Assembly (NCBI GenBank): GCA_041937175.2
Contig: CP166615.1
Location: forward strand, 2,336,001-2,400,000
Length of the DNA stretch: 64,000 bases
Source: Limnothrix sp. BL-A-16
GTDB lineage: Bacteria > Cyanobacteriota > Cyanobacteriia > CACIAM-69d
Direction of reading: 5' to 3'
The position numbers and the translations under genes were made by a program. Positions 1-9,294 of the stretch are shown here, piece by piece. Positions within the stretch are counted from its first letter, which is position 1. The number at the start of each line of letters is the position of its first letter. The notes under the pieces were generated by a model, which was not told the origin of the DNA, made no database searches, and worked only from the letters and a program-made list of their open reading frames with translations.

Positions 1-1
1 G

Positions 2-1453
2 ACCACCGGGCCCAATCGCCCCCAAAATGCAGCGGCTTTTTATCCAGAGGCAGGCACAAAACAGGTGCATTGGCTGGTGCAACAGGCGATCGACGGTGGT
101 TGGAGCGGGGAAGTCATTTGCCAGCGCCAAGGGGGCGATCGGTTCCCTGCGTTGGTCTCGGTGGGGCCCGTCCCCGACGAGCAGGGCCGGCCCGTGGCCT
201 TTTCGATCGTCACCCGCGACATTAGTGATCAAAAACAAACCCAAGCGGAATTGGCGGCCAAAAACCTGGAATTGGAACGGGCCAGCCAATTGAAATCCGC
301 CTTTTTGGCCAATATGTCCCATGAGTTGCGCACACCGCTGACGGCTATTTTGGGCTTTTCTTCTCTGCTAAAACAGCAGCTTTATGGGCCGCTGAACGAA
401 AAACAGATGGTCTATATCGAACAAATTCGCAAGAGCGGTGATCATCTGCTCAGTTTGATTAATGACGTGTTGGATTTATCCAAAATTGAGGCGGGCCAAA
501 TTGAACTAGCGATCGAGGCGATCGATGTGCCCACCCTCTGCGATTCGGCGTTGGCCCTGGTCAGCCAGCAGGCAGCCGATCGGGATATTCGGATTCGCAA
601 ACGGATTCCCAAACGGTTGCAACCCTTGATGGCCGATGAGGTGCGCGTGCGCCAAATGCTGTTGAACCTGCTCAGTAATGCGGTCAAGTTTTCCCATGAG
701 GGGGGCGAAATTGGCCTTGAGGCGATCGAGCGAGGCGGCTACGTGCATTTTTGCGTGTGGGATCATGGTATCGGGATCCCCGAAGAAGCCCGCTCCGTCA
801 TGTTCCAGCCCTTTCATCAACTGGATAACTCCCTTTCTCGGCGGCACCAGGGCACGGGGTTGGGCCTGTCCCTCACCCGGCAGTTAGCGGAACTACACGG
901 CGGCTCTGTGGACTTTGAATCCAAGCTGGGCCAAGGCAGCACCTTCACGATTCGGTTGCCCTTAACCTTTGTGCCGCCCGGTCGATCGCCCGCGCCGGCC
1001 ATTCAACCCGGCGCATCGGCGGCGCGGGTGATGGCGGCGGAACAGGCCCGGCCACCACAAATTTTGGTTGTTGAAGACGATTCGACCAATGCCAAGTTGC
1101 TGCAAGACCTGTTGAGCAGTTGGGGTTGTGGCGTGGCGATCGCCCCGGACGGTTGGCGAGCGATCGACTGGCTAGACAGTCACCCGGTGGATTTGGTGTT
1201 GCTGGATATCCAACTGCCGGACATGGACGGGCTGGCGGTCTTGCAGCAAATCCGCAGTGATGAACGTTGGCAGGATTTGCCCGTGGTGGCGGCCACGGCC
1301 CTGGCTATGGAGCACGATCGCCAGCGCTGTTTGGCCGCCGGAATGCAGGGCTATCTCAGCAAACCGCTGGATCATCAAGCCTTGCGGGCGATCGTGGCCG
1401 AATTCACCGGCTATCATACCCCTGGCCAAGCCAGAGATCACGCAAGCAATTAG
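2..1453 (+). CDS. Hybrid sensor histidine kinase/response regulator (PAS-HisKA-HATPase-REC), 5'-truncated by window edge
   Basis: Frame stays open back to position 2. H-box FLANMSHELRTPL, N-box NLLSNAVKF, G-boxes DHGIGI/GTGLGL, receiver LVVEDD...LLDIQLPDMDG...KP. Confidence 0.95.
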   Translation, partial: TTGPNRPQNAAAFYPEAGTKQVHWLVQQAIDGGWSGEVICQRQGGDRFPALVSVGPVPDEQGRPVAFSIVTRDISDQKQTQAELAAKNLELERASQLKSAFLANMSHELRTPLTAILGFSSLLKQQLYGPLNEKQMVYIEQIRKSGDHLLSLINDVLDLSKIEAGQIELAIEAIDVPTLCDSALALVSQQAADRDIRIRKRIPKRLQPLMADEVRVRQMLLNLLSNAVKFSHEGGEIGLEAIERGGYVHFCVWDHGIGIPEEARSVMFQPFHQLDNSLSRRHQGTGLGLSLTRQLAELHGGSVDFESKLGQGSTFTIRLPLTFVPPGRSPAPAIQPGASAARVMAAEQARPPQILVVEDDSTNAKLLQDLLSSWGCGVAIAPDGWRAIDWLDSHPVDLVLLDIQLPDMDGLAVLQQIRSDERWQDLPVVAATALAMEHDRQRCLAAGMQGYLSKPLDHQALRAIVAEFTGYHTPGQARDHASN

Positions 1454-2152
1454 CTAGGGCGGCGGAGATTCCAAGGGGCGATCGGTGACCGGCGTGGCGG
1501 AGGGAAACCGCTGGCGCAACACCTGAAACAACCGAGCCACCTGATCCAGATCTTTATCAGCGGGCCCCCGCTCCACCCCACTCGATAGATCAATCCCGAT
1601 CGGGGCAGCCATAGCCAGGGTGTCGATCGCTTGGAGCAGGTTATCGGGGGTAATGCCACCCGCCAAAAACCAAGGCAGGGGCGATCGCCAAGCTTGCAAC
1701 CGCTGCCAATCGAGGGTGTGGCCCGTGCCGCCCAAGGCTTCGGGCCGGTAAGCATCCAGCAGCAGGGCATCCACCGCCGTTGCGTAGGATTCTGCTAAAT
1801 CAAGAGTTTCCGCCGATCGCACCCGCAGCGCTTTCCAAAGGGTTTGATGGGGCAAGCGCGATCGCACCGCTTCGCAAAACTCAGGGGACTCATCCCCATG
1901 CAGTTGTACGATCGTCAGGTTGCCTGTGGTCACGGTTTCGGCGATCGTGTCTAGATCCGTATTCGCGAAGATACCCACCCGCTCCACTGCACAGCCCGCC
2001 GCCCCGAGCCGATCGCTCACCAAGCGCATTTGTGCCGGACTGACATAGCGCGGCGAAGCGGGCACAGCAATCAACCCGATCGCCCAAGCGCCTAAACGGG
2101 CGATCGCCACCGCTTGGTCAGGATCTTTCAGTCCGCAAATTTTGACGAGCAT
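1454..2152 (-). CDS. trpF: Phosphoribosylanthranilate isomerase
   Basis: MLVKICGL, VQLHGDES, LLLDAY...GGTG, FLAGGITPDN and DLSSGVE motifs; ATG at 2152 chosen over upstream TTG. Confidence 0.96.
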   Translation of the reverse strand: MLVKICGLKDPDQAVAIARLGAWAIGLIAVPASPRYVSPAQMRLVSDRLGAAGCAVERVGIFANTDLDTIAETVTTGNLTIVQLHGDESPEFCEAVRSRLPHQTLWKALRVRSAETLDLAESYATAVDALLLDAYRPEALGGTGHTLDWQRLQAWRSPLPWFLAGGITPDNLLQAIDTLAMAAPIGIDLSSGVERGPADKDLDQVARLFQVLRQRFPSATPVTDRPLESPPP

Positions 2153-2626
2153 CAGCAAAAATTCCGAAAAATTCCAAGCCTGAGCGTTGTAATAGGGCTT
2201 TGTCGCCCAGAAACCCTGAAGTCTGAAATATTGAGTACTGTTAAAGTCTACCGAAATTTCTGTTAAGTCTTAATAACAGGGCTGTCTACCCCTGAGACCG
2301 GGTTTCTATAATTTGGCCGGTTTCCGCTGCCGGGAGTCAGCAGGCTGTCATGGTTCAGTCATGGTCATTTATAAGCTATTCATGAGCCGTTCATGAACTA
2401 TCAATGGGCCATTCATTTGAGCCATGAATCTGCATCATCATTGACACCATTTCTGATCCAACCAGCAGTCCCCAGCAGCCCGATTTCTTCACAACCTGTT
2501 GACAATATCAATTTCCATTGGATTTTTAACGCTTTGCTCTCGGGCAATTCTTGTTAAGAATCCTCAGCAGTTGATAGCTTTAGCAACTGATGGCTTTAAC
2601 ATTCTGAATCCTTGGAGGAATGACCC

Positions 2627-2902
2627 TTGTTTAATCTATTCACGATTCAAAATCTTTTGGCCACCGCCACCACCGTTGAATGGTCGCCCAATGTGGGGAT
2701 CATCATGGTCACCTGCAATGTGTTCGCGATCGTGATTGGTTACTACGCCATTCAAAAGCGTGGCGTTGGCCCCACCTTGCCCTTGCCTTTGCCCGCCATT
2801 TTCACCGGGTTTGGCATTCCGGAATTGTTGGCAACCGCTAGCTTTGGCCACCTGTTGGGAGCAGGGATGGTTTTGGGTTTGGCTAACGCCGGTTTACTGT
2901 AG
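2627..2902 (+). CDS. psaK: Photosystem I reaction centre subunit PsaK
   Basis: Two hydrophobic helices, WSPNVGIIMVTCN and PELLATASFGHLLGAG motifs; GGAGG RBS before TTG start. Confidence 0.92.
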   Translation: MFNLFTIQNLLATATTVEWSPNVGIIMVTCNVFAIVIGYYAIQKRGVGPTLPLPLPAIFTGFGIPELLATASFGHLLGAGMVLGLANAGLL

Positions 2903-3000
2903 GTTCTAGCTACTCAACTTCGACTTCAAAACCGCACGTTAGCATCACACGAAAATTTTTACCTAATTTTCGGAACAAGGGGTTTAAAACCAAGATCTTA

Positions 3001-3154
3001 GGGCTTGTCGCCAAATCGCCTGAAACCTTGATTCCACCGTGAGCAAATCGTGAGGGGCAAGGGGCTTAAGCCCCTTGTCTTCGTTGATCAGTGCAACCCA
3101 CAAAGTGATCAGTGCAACCCACAAAGTAGTCATTTTGGCTTTTCAGAGATTCTC
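3001..3154. mobile_element. Chimeric MITE: family A left half + shared palindrome + family B right half
   Basis: 3001-3057 aligns with the left part of the A copies at 35879/39791; palindrome at 3058-3077; 3078-3154 aligns with the right part of the B copies at 22882/53376; includes a 21-bp tandem duplication at 3085-3126. Confidence 0.75.
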
Positions 3155-3156
3155 TA

Positions 3157-3298
3157 GGATTTGTTGTCGTTTAGCCCGAAGCCCTAGATCTGCCGTTAGC
3201 GGATCGTGGGAAACAAGGGGCTTGAGCATCTTGCTACAGCGACTGAGACATGGAAAACCAATTGTTTCTGCCTGATCCTAGAAAATGACGACAAGCCC
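3157..3298. mobile_element. MITE-like family A copy (142 bp)
   Basis: Degenerate TIR GGATTTGTTGTC...GACGACAAGCCC, TA on both flanks, internal similarity to the 16281 copy. Confidence 0.8.
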
Positions 3299-3311
3299 TA
3301 AAACCCCTTGT

Positions 3312-3785
3312 TTATCGATTAGACCGCTTGAGCGTAATAATTGATAGCACTAACAGAAAACCGTAAATTACCAGAAGGGGTAAAAAGGACTGCTCGATCG
3401 CACTCCAATGGGGCGGTTGATTTTGAAAACTGATTTCGCCTAAGTTTCCCCACCAAACCTGAGCTAGGCTATAGCATTGATTGCCCTGCTTAAAGCCATA
3501 GCAATTCCCCGGACTCACGATAATTGCCAGAGTTTGACTCACCAAAACTAAGATCAAAAATAGTGGTTTGACTTGCAATTGATACCCACGATATCGACTG
3601 GTCAAGGCAGCTAATAACAAAATCAAAAATCCATAGAATGGCAATAGAAAAAACAGATAAACAATCCAAGCCAGCATGGTAAATGAGCTACCCATGAACA
3701 AGAGGGTGCTCAAGAGTAAATAGCCCAAGAAGCAGAACCAAAATTCCCGAAGGGAGAGCCAAGGAAGAGAAGGCAAGAAGGACAT
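3312..3785 (-). CDS. Hypothetical multi-pass membrane protein (AT-rich)
   Basis: 157-aa ORF with about 4 hydrophobic segments and a CYGFKQGNQCY loop. Confidence 0.7.
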   Translation of the reverse strand: MSFLPSLPWLSLREFWFCFLGYLLLSTLLFMGSSFTMLAWIVYLFFLLPFYGFLILLLAALTSRYRGYQLQVKPLFLILVLVSQTLAIIVSPGNCYGFKQGNQCYSLAQVWWGNLGEISFQNQPPHWSAIEQSFLPLLVIYGFLLVLSIITLKRSNR

Positions 3786-3825
3786 TCTAGTTACGAAGTT
3801 CTACTGAATTAGTCCCTGGCAGCGA

Positions 3826-4194
3826 TCAGGAGTTTTCATCAGTTTCGTCCGCCTCAAGATCAATAATCCAATCCTGAACGAGTTGGGCAAATTCCTCGAT
3901 CGACAGGGTGCAACTTGGCGATTCGTCATCCACCGTGTCTTCAATCGTGGCGCGATCGCCCGATAGGTTCAAACAGTAGGCATTACCCAACCGTTCCCAA
4001 CCGTCCAATTCCCCCGTTCGCACCGCTTCCAGTTTTTCTAACAATTCCGCTGCTGCTGCTTTCACCCGCTGAATATCCAAGGTTAAAAACGCGATCGCCC
4101 GCTTTTGGGCGGTCTGTTGCGCTTGGGGAGGCTGGGGTGGTTCCGGTTCGGGCATGTTGGACGGCTCGGGGCGATCGGGAAAAAGGGGGTTCAT
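3826..4194 (-). CDS. Hypothetical protein (start uncertain)
   Basis: ORF with Pro-rich N-terminus and an acidic C-terminal domain (GNAYCLNL...EEFAQLVQDW); no family recognised. Confidence 0.55.
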   Translation of the reverse strand: MNPLFPDRPEPSNMPEPEPPQPPQAQQTAQKRAIAFLTLDIQRVKAAAAELLEKLEAVRTGELDGWERLGNAYCLNLSGDRATIEDTVDDESPSCTLSIEEFAQLVQDWIIDLEADETDENS

Positions 4195-4511
4195 GGGTCG
4201 GAATAGCCTGACTGATTGGGCGATCGGGAACAACAATCAGGAACTTGCTTGTTAGTTTACCGGCCCCGATCAGCCTGGCCCAAAGGCCCAGTTCGGCGGC
4301 ACAAACGGTGATTGCCCCCCAAGACCAGACTTTCTGGCTCCCTAGTTCTCTAAAATCGATAGGGAAGAAAACACCGCGATCGAATCGTTTCCCCAACCCA
4401 ACATCCCCCCACGGTCAACCGCCGCCGCTGCCGAAACCTGCACGGAATTGATCGGGAGTTGATAGGGTGGATGGTTGGGATTACTAGGGACTTTTAAACC
4501 CGCCGTAAGCT

Positions 4512-5522
4512 ATGGATTTGGTTGTACTGCAAACCTGGTTAGATAACGCATCGTTTGGCATCCTGCTGGTGACGATGCTGCTGTATTGGGTGGGGGCGGC
4601 GTTTCCCCAATGGATTCTGTTGGGATCCTTGGGCACGGCCGGTATGGCGATCGCCAACCTCTGTATGGCGGCATTGTTGGGCGCAAGGTGGATTGAGGCG
4701 GGCTATTTCCCCCTCAGCAACCTATATGAATCGCTGTTTTTCCTCGCTTGGGGGATCACGGCTGTGCATTTGTTGACCGAGCGCAACAGCCGCAGCCGCT
4801 GGGTTGGAATTGTTACGGCTCCCGTGGCCATGGGGATCACGGCCTTTGCTGCCCTCTCCCTTCCGGACAACATGCAGGCCGCTGAGCCGTTGGTTCCGGC
4901 CCTGAAGTCCAACTGGTTGATGATGCATGTGAGCGTGATGATGCTCAGCTATTCGGCCCTGATGGTGGGGTCGTTGCTGGCGATCGCCTTTTTGATTGTG
5001 ACGAAAGGGCAGAATGTGACCCTGCGCGGTAGCTCCGTGGGCACGGGCAGTTTTCGGGACAAGGTGGCGCGGCTGGCGGTCAGCACGGCGGCCGTTGAAG
5101 CGCCGGCCGCCCTTGCGATCGGGGGTGAAGCCAGCGGGGTTGCCCTGCTCGATCGCCCCGCCACTGACAGCACCACCACCCTGAACCTGTCGCCCCAACG
5201 ACTGACCCTGGCGGACACTCTGGATAACATCAGCTACCGAACGATCGGGCTGGGCTTTCCCCTGCTTACCATTGGCATCATTGCCGGTGGCGTGTGGGCC
5301 AATGAAGCTTGGGGATCCTACTGGAGCTGGGATCCCAAAGAAACCTGGGCTTTCATCACCTGGTTGGTGTTCGCCGCCTATCTCCATGCCCGCTTAACCA
5401 AAGGCTGGCAAGGCCGCAAACCGGCGATCTTGGCCGCTTTGGGCTTTGTGGTGGTTTGGGTTTGCTATTTGGGCGTGAACCTGCTGGGCAAGGGCCTGCA
5501 TTCCTACGGCTGGTTTTTCTAA
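4512..5522 (+). CDS. ccsA: Cytochrome c biogenesis protein (system II heme attachment; CcsA/CcsB)
   Basis: WWD domain [31 protein letters not shown]-terminal GLHSYGWF. Confidence 0.97.
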   Translation: MDLVVLQTWLDNASFGILLVTMLLYWVGAAFPQWILLGSLGTAGMAIANLCMAALLGARWIEAGYFPLSNLYESLFFLAWGITAVHLLTERNSRSRWVGIVTAPVAMGITAFAALSLPDNMQAAEPLVPALKSNWLMMHVSVMMLSYSALMVGSLLAIAFLIVTKGQNVTLRGSSVGTGSFRDKVARLAVSTAAVEAPAALAIGGEASGVALLDRPATDSTTTLNLSPQRLTLADTLDNISYRTIGLGFPLLTIGIIAGGVWANEAWGSYWSWDPKETWAFITWLVFAAYLHARLTKGWQGRKPAILAALGFVVVWVCYLGVNLLGKGLHSYGWFF

Positions 5523-5534
5523 GGGCTAGTTCCT

Positions 5535-7268
5535 GTGGCGGCATCCGACCTCACCCCAGACCTACAGCGGCTGCTCGATCGAGCGGCCGCTTGTCGTGAG
5601 CAGGGCCACTGGCCAGAGGCGATCGTGCTCGATCGGCAGGCAATCCAGTTGGCCCCTGATTCTGCCTTGGCTTATGGTTCCTTAGGCCAATCGCTGCGGG
5701 GAGCCGATCGCCCATCAGCAGCCGCCCAAGCCTGGAAACGGGCGATCGCCCAAGGATTGGCACAACCCTCCCAAATGGCGATTGCCCATTGGGAACTCGG
5801 CAAACTTCAATGGGAACTGGGAGAACACAATGGGGCGATCGAGCAGTTCCTCAACGCGATCGCGCTGAACCCCACCCTGATTTCCCTACAAACCCTCGAT
5901 GACCTCAGCCGTTGGCTCCGGCGGCGCGATCGACCCACCGCAGCCGCCGCCTTCGAGCAAGCTGCCCTGAAACGGCTGATTCCCGAAGTTCGCCAATTAA
6001 TCCACCAGGGTAATGCAACCCTCGCAGCCCGCTGGTGCCTTTGGTCATTGCAAATTGCACCGGCCCATAACGCTGCCTATAACTTGCTGTTTGAGGCCCT
6101 AACGGCCCTTGATCGCCCCGAAGAAGCGAAAGATTGTTTTTGTCGATTGGTACCCGCCACCGTCCTGGATGAATTCGCTCCCCATCCCCCACTCCCGATC
6201 GCCCGGTTGCCCTTAACGGCTAACGACTCAGCGGGCTTGAAGCCGCTAGCGATCTGGCCCTTGGTCGCTCCCTACCCCTTACCCGAACCTCAATCCATTT
6301 TGTGCGATCGCCCCACGGCCAACTTTCCAGCTATCAGCCCCCTGCAAGAACCGCCACGGCAATGTTGGGCCTTGAACAACGGCCGTGTTTGGGTGGATGC
6401 CTGCAATCGGGTGTTTTGGAATCGGGATGGAGCGGTTGTGGATGACCTTTCGATCGGGGTGGAGCACTTAATCGCCACCTCCCATCGGCTGCCTGCCCCA
6501 CAACCCATTCAAGGCACAGTCGCCGTCATTGCCAAACAACATACAGAGAATTATTTTCACTGGGTTACGGAATTTCTACCCCAGGCGATCGATCTTTTAG
6601 ATCTTGCCCAAAGCGTGGGAAAATCCATTGACTATTGGTATTTTGATGCAGACTATTTACCATTTCAGATTCAAAGCTTGGAGTCCTTAGGCATTTCACG
6701 TAGCCAAATTCTTGCGAGCCAAGACATTCCCCATTTACAAGCTGACTTACTGTTAACCTTCAACGCCAGCAGTCTAATTGAAGGTCGCCGAGAAAGCCTT
6801 CAGAAGTTGCGTCAAATATTCTTAGCTAAAACTTCGCCAAATCGTCTCCAATCTAGACGGCTATATTTAGGGCGATCGCACGCCCGCCGCATCCTGAACG
6901 AAAATCAGCTACGATCTGTACTTCAAAAATGGGGATTTGAGCCAGTTCCTGAAGGACTCTCCTTTGCCGAGCAAATTCAATTATTTGCAGAGGCATCAGT
7001 TATCATTGGCCCCCATGGCGCAGCATTTACTAATATGATTTTCAGTCAACCTCAAAGCCGTATTTTAGAATTCTTTGCGCCGAGCTATATCAGCCATTTT
7101 TATTGGCGATTGAGTGGTCAACTAGATTTTCAGTATTCCTATTTAGTCGGGGACGTTGTTCCGTTGGATGATCAATCACCCTTGTCCAAAATCAGCTTCT
7201 ATCATGATTTAGAAATTTCGCCCTTCGTTTTGGAGCAAGCACTTCAAAATCTGATCAACTCCAATTGA
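5535..7268 (+). CDS. TPR-repeat protein with C-terminal glycosyltransferase family 61 (DUF563) domain
   Basis: N-terminal TPR-like helices; ENYFHW, RRLYLGR...RRILNE, EQIQLFAEASVIIGPHGAAFTN motifs. Confidence 0.88.
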   Translation: MAASDLTPDLQRLLDRAAACREQGHWPEAIVLDRQAIQLAPDSALAYGSLGQSLRGADRPSAAAQAWKRAIAQGLAQPSQMAIAHWELGKLQWELGEHNGAIEQFLNAIALNPTLISLQTLDDLSRWLRRRDRPTAAAAFEQAALKRLIPEVRQLIHQGNATLAARWCLWSLQIAPAHNAAYNLLFEALTALDRPEEAKDCFCRLVPATVLDEFAPHPPLPIARLPLTANDSAGLKPLAIWPLVAPYPLPEPQSILCDRPTANFPAISPLQEPPRQCWALNNGRVWVDACNRVFWNRDGAVVDDLSIGVEHLIATSHRLPAPQPIQGTVAVIAKQHTENYFHWVTEFLPQAIDLLDLAQSVGKSIDYWYFDADYLPFQIQSLESLGISRSQILASQDIPHLQADLLLTFNASSLIEGRRESLQKLRQIFLAKTSPNRLQSRRLYLGRSHARRILNENQLRSVLQKWGFEPVPEGLSFAEQIQLFAEASVIIGPHGAAFTNMIFSQPQSRILEFFAPSYISHFYWRLSGQLDFQYSYLVGDVVPLDDQSPLSKISFYHDLEISPFVLEQALQNLINSN

Positions 7269-7419
7269 GTTTGTTAAACGAAACTTTCTGATTGGTATTG
7301 TGGCCTTGGCTAGCCGCTGGTTGCGTGCAAACCGCCCGTACCGCTGGCAGATTGCGATCCCCGCCGTCTCTCCACTAAGGTTAAGATTCGGGACGCGATC
7401 GACTCGTTCGATCTAAACC

Positions 7420-9240
7420 TTGCCGAGTGCGTCTTTTCCCGAGTGCGTCACTGTGATTTCGCCCAAACCTGCTCATCGTTCTTGGTTGGTGCTGTCGGCT
7501 GCCATTGGTGGCACGTTGCTGGTTGTGGCGGCCCTGGCGATCGCCCTGTTGTTGCGGGTTCCGGCCTTGCCCAACTGCCCCGCCATCTTTTGGCCGCTGG
7601 CTTCGGCTTCCATGCGCCTTTACTGCGCGGAAGTGGCGGCCAACAAGCGGACGGTGCGGGATTTGCTGGAGGCGATCGCCCTGGTGGAGGTGCTCCCGGC
7701 GGATCACGAGTTGCGCCCCCAAGCGAATCGCTACTTAGTCGCTTGGGTGGAGGAAATTTTGCGGTTGGCGGATGGGGCCGTGCAGGCGGGCAACTTGGAA
7801 GAGGCGCTGAAAATTGCCCGCCAGATTCCAACAACGGTTCCCAATCATGGCCAAGTGAAAGCACAGATGGCCGCCTGGGAGCGGGATTGGCGGGAGGCAG
7901 AAGGGATTTATAAGGCGGTGATTGGGGCGATCGACCAACGAAAGTGGGATGTGGCGATCGGGAACGCTAACCGGCTGGTGCGTGGCCCCTTGCGCTACTG
8001 GGCAACGGTCAAACACGATGAGCTGCGGGTGCTGATTGCGGAAACACGCCAGGATGATGGACGGATTCGCCGGGCCCTGGCGCTGGCAAAAGGCGGCAAC
8101 CCCGATCGCTTTGAGCAGGCCTTTGAACTGCTGCGGGGCATTGAAGCGCGACGGCGACTTTATCCCCTTGCCCAACAGACGATCGCGGATTTAACGGAGC
8201 AGGTGTTGACCCTGGCTCAGGAAAGTATCGATCGCGGTAATGGAGAGGCGGCGTTGCGGTGGGCGGATTTGCTGCCCGATCGGGAATCGTTGCAGGCCCA
8301 AGCGGAGGATTTACGAAATCTAGCAGCGGCGGAAACGGCGGCCAAAGGGGGCACGCCTAAGGATCTGGAAGTGGCGATCGAGGAGGCCAGCAAGATTCCG
8401 GAAGGGCGACCCCTCTATGAACGGGCCCAGGCCAAAATTGCCCAATGGCGACGGGACAGCGAAGATGCAGCGCGTTTGGAGCAAGCAAGAGAATTAGCCC
8501 AATCGGGCACATTGGCGGACTTGACCAACGCCATTTCCCAGGCTCAGGAAATTCCGGAAACCAGCGGTTTGGCGGCCCTGGCACGGCGGGAAATTACCAA
8601 CTGGAGCCGTCAAATTCAAGAACTGCGCGATCGCCCCCTGTTGGATCAAGCGGAAACCCTGGCCGGTCAGGGGCGTTGGGCCGAGGCGATCGCCCAGGCC
8701 CAGCGCATTGAACCGGAAAGCCCTTTGGCCGCCGATGCCCGCCGCCGGGTGGCCACTTGGCGAGCGGAGTTGGAACAGCGACAGGACGAGCCGATTTTGC
8801 AACAGGCGGAGGAACTGGCTCGGGGGGGCGACCTCGCCGGGGCGATCGACATGGCGAACCAAATTGCCAGCGGCCGATCGCTCTATCGCCAGGCCCAACA
8901 GGCGATCGCCCGTTGGCAAACCCAGCGCCAAGATCAACAACAACTCATGGAGGCCCAACAGCTCGCCACCAACAACAGCCCGGACGGCCTCGTGAGCGCC
9001 ATCCTGCTGGCCGATCGGGTCAAACGCAACAGCCCTTGGCGCAGTCAGGCTGACGGTAACATTGCCCGCTGGAGCCAGCAGCTTTTGGCCTTGGCCCAAC
9101 AACAGGCAGCCAACGGCGACTTACCCGGTGCGGTGGCCTTGGCTCGCCGCATTCCAAGGGCAGCCACCACCTACGAGGCCGCCCAAACCCAAATTAGTGC
9201 TTGGCAGCGGTGGATCTCACCCGCACCAACCAGCCCCTAA
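7420..9240 (+). CDS. Conserved cyanobacterial membrane-anchored helical-repeat protein (often annotated 'chromosome segregation ATPase'; no P-loop seen)
   Basis: N-terminal TM then PNCPAIFWPLASASMRLYCA; repeated AI..A..IP....Y..AQ..I..W units. Confidence 0.8.
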   Translation: MPSASFPECVTVISPKPAHRSWLVLSAAIGGTLLVVAALAIALLLRVPALPNCPAIFWPLASASMRLYCAEVAANKRTVRDLLEAIALVEVLPADHELRPQANRYLVAWVEEILRLADGAVQAGNLEEALKIARQIPTTVPNHGQVKAQMAAWERDWREAEGIYKAVIGAIDQRKWDVAIGNANRLVRGPLRYWATVKHDELRVLIAETRQDDGRIRRALALAKGGNPDRFEQAFELLRGIEARRRLYPLAQQTIADLTEQVLTLAQESIDRGNGEAALRWADLLPDRESLQAQAEDLRNLAAAETAAKGGTPKDLEVAIEEASKIPEGRPLYERAQAKIAQWRRDSEDAARLEQARELAQSGTLADLTNAISQAQEIPETSGLAALARREITNWSRQIQELRDRPLLDQAETLAGQGRWAEAIAQAQRIEPESPLAADARRRVATWRAELEQRQDEPILQQAEELARGGDLAGAIDMANQIASGRSLYRQAQQAIARWQTQRQDQQQLMEAQQLATNNSPDGLVSAILLADRVKRNSPWRSQADGNIARWSQQLLALAQQQAANGDLPGAVALARRIPRAATTYEAAQTQISAWQRWISPAPTSP

Positions 9241-9294
9241 TCCAGATTTGGCTTAGTGATGGTGGTTGAGATTTTTGGGATCCCAACCGGATCC

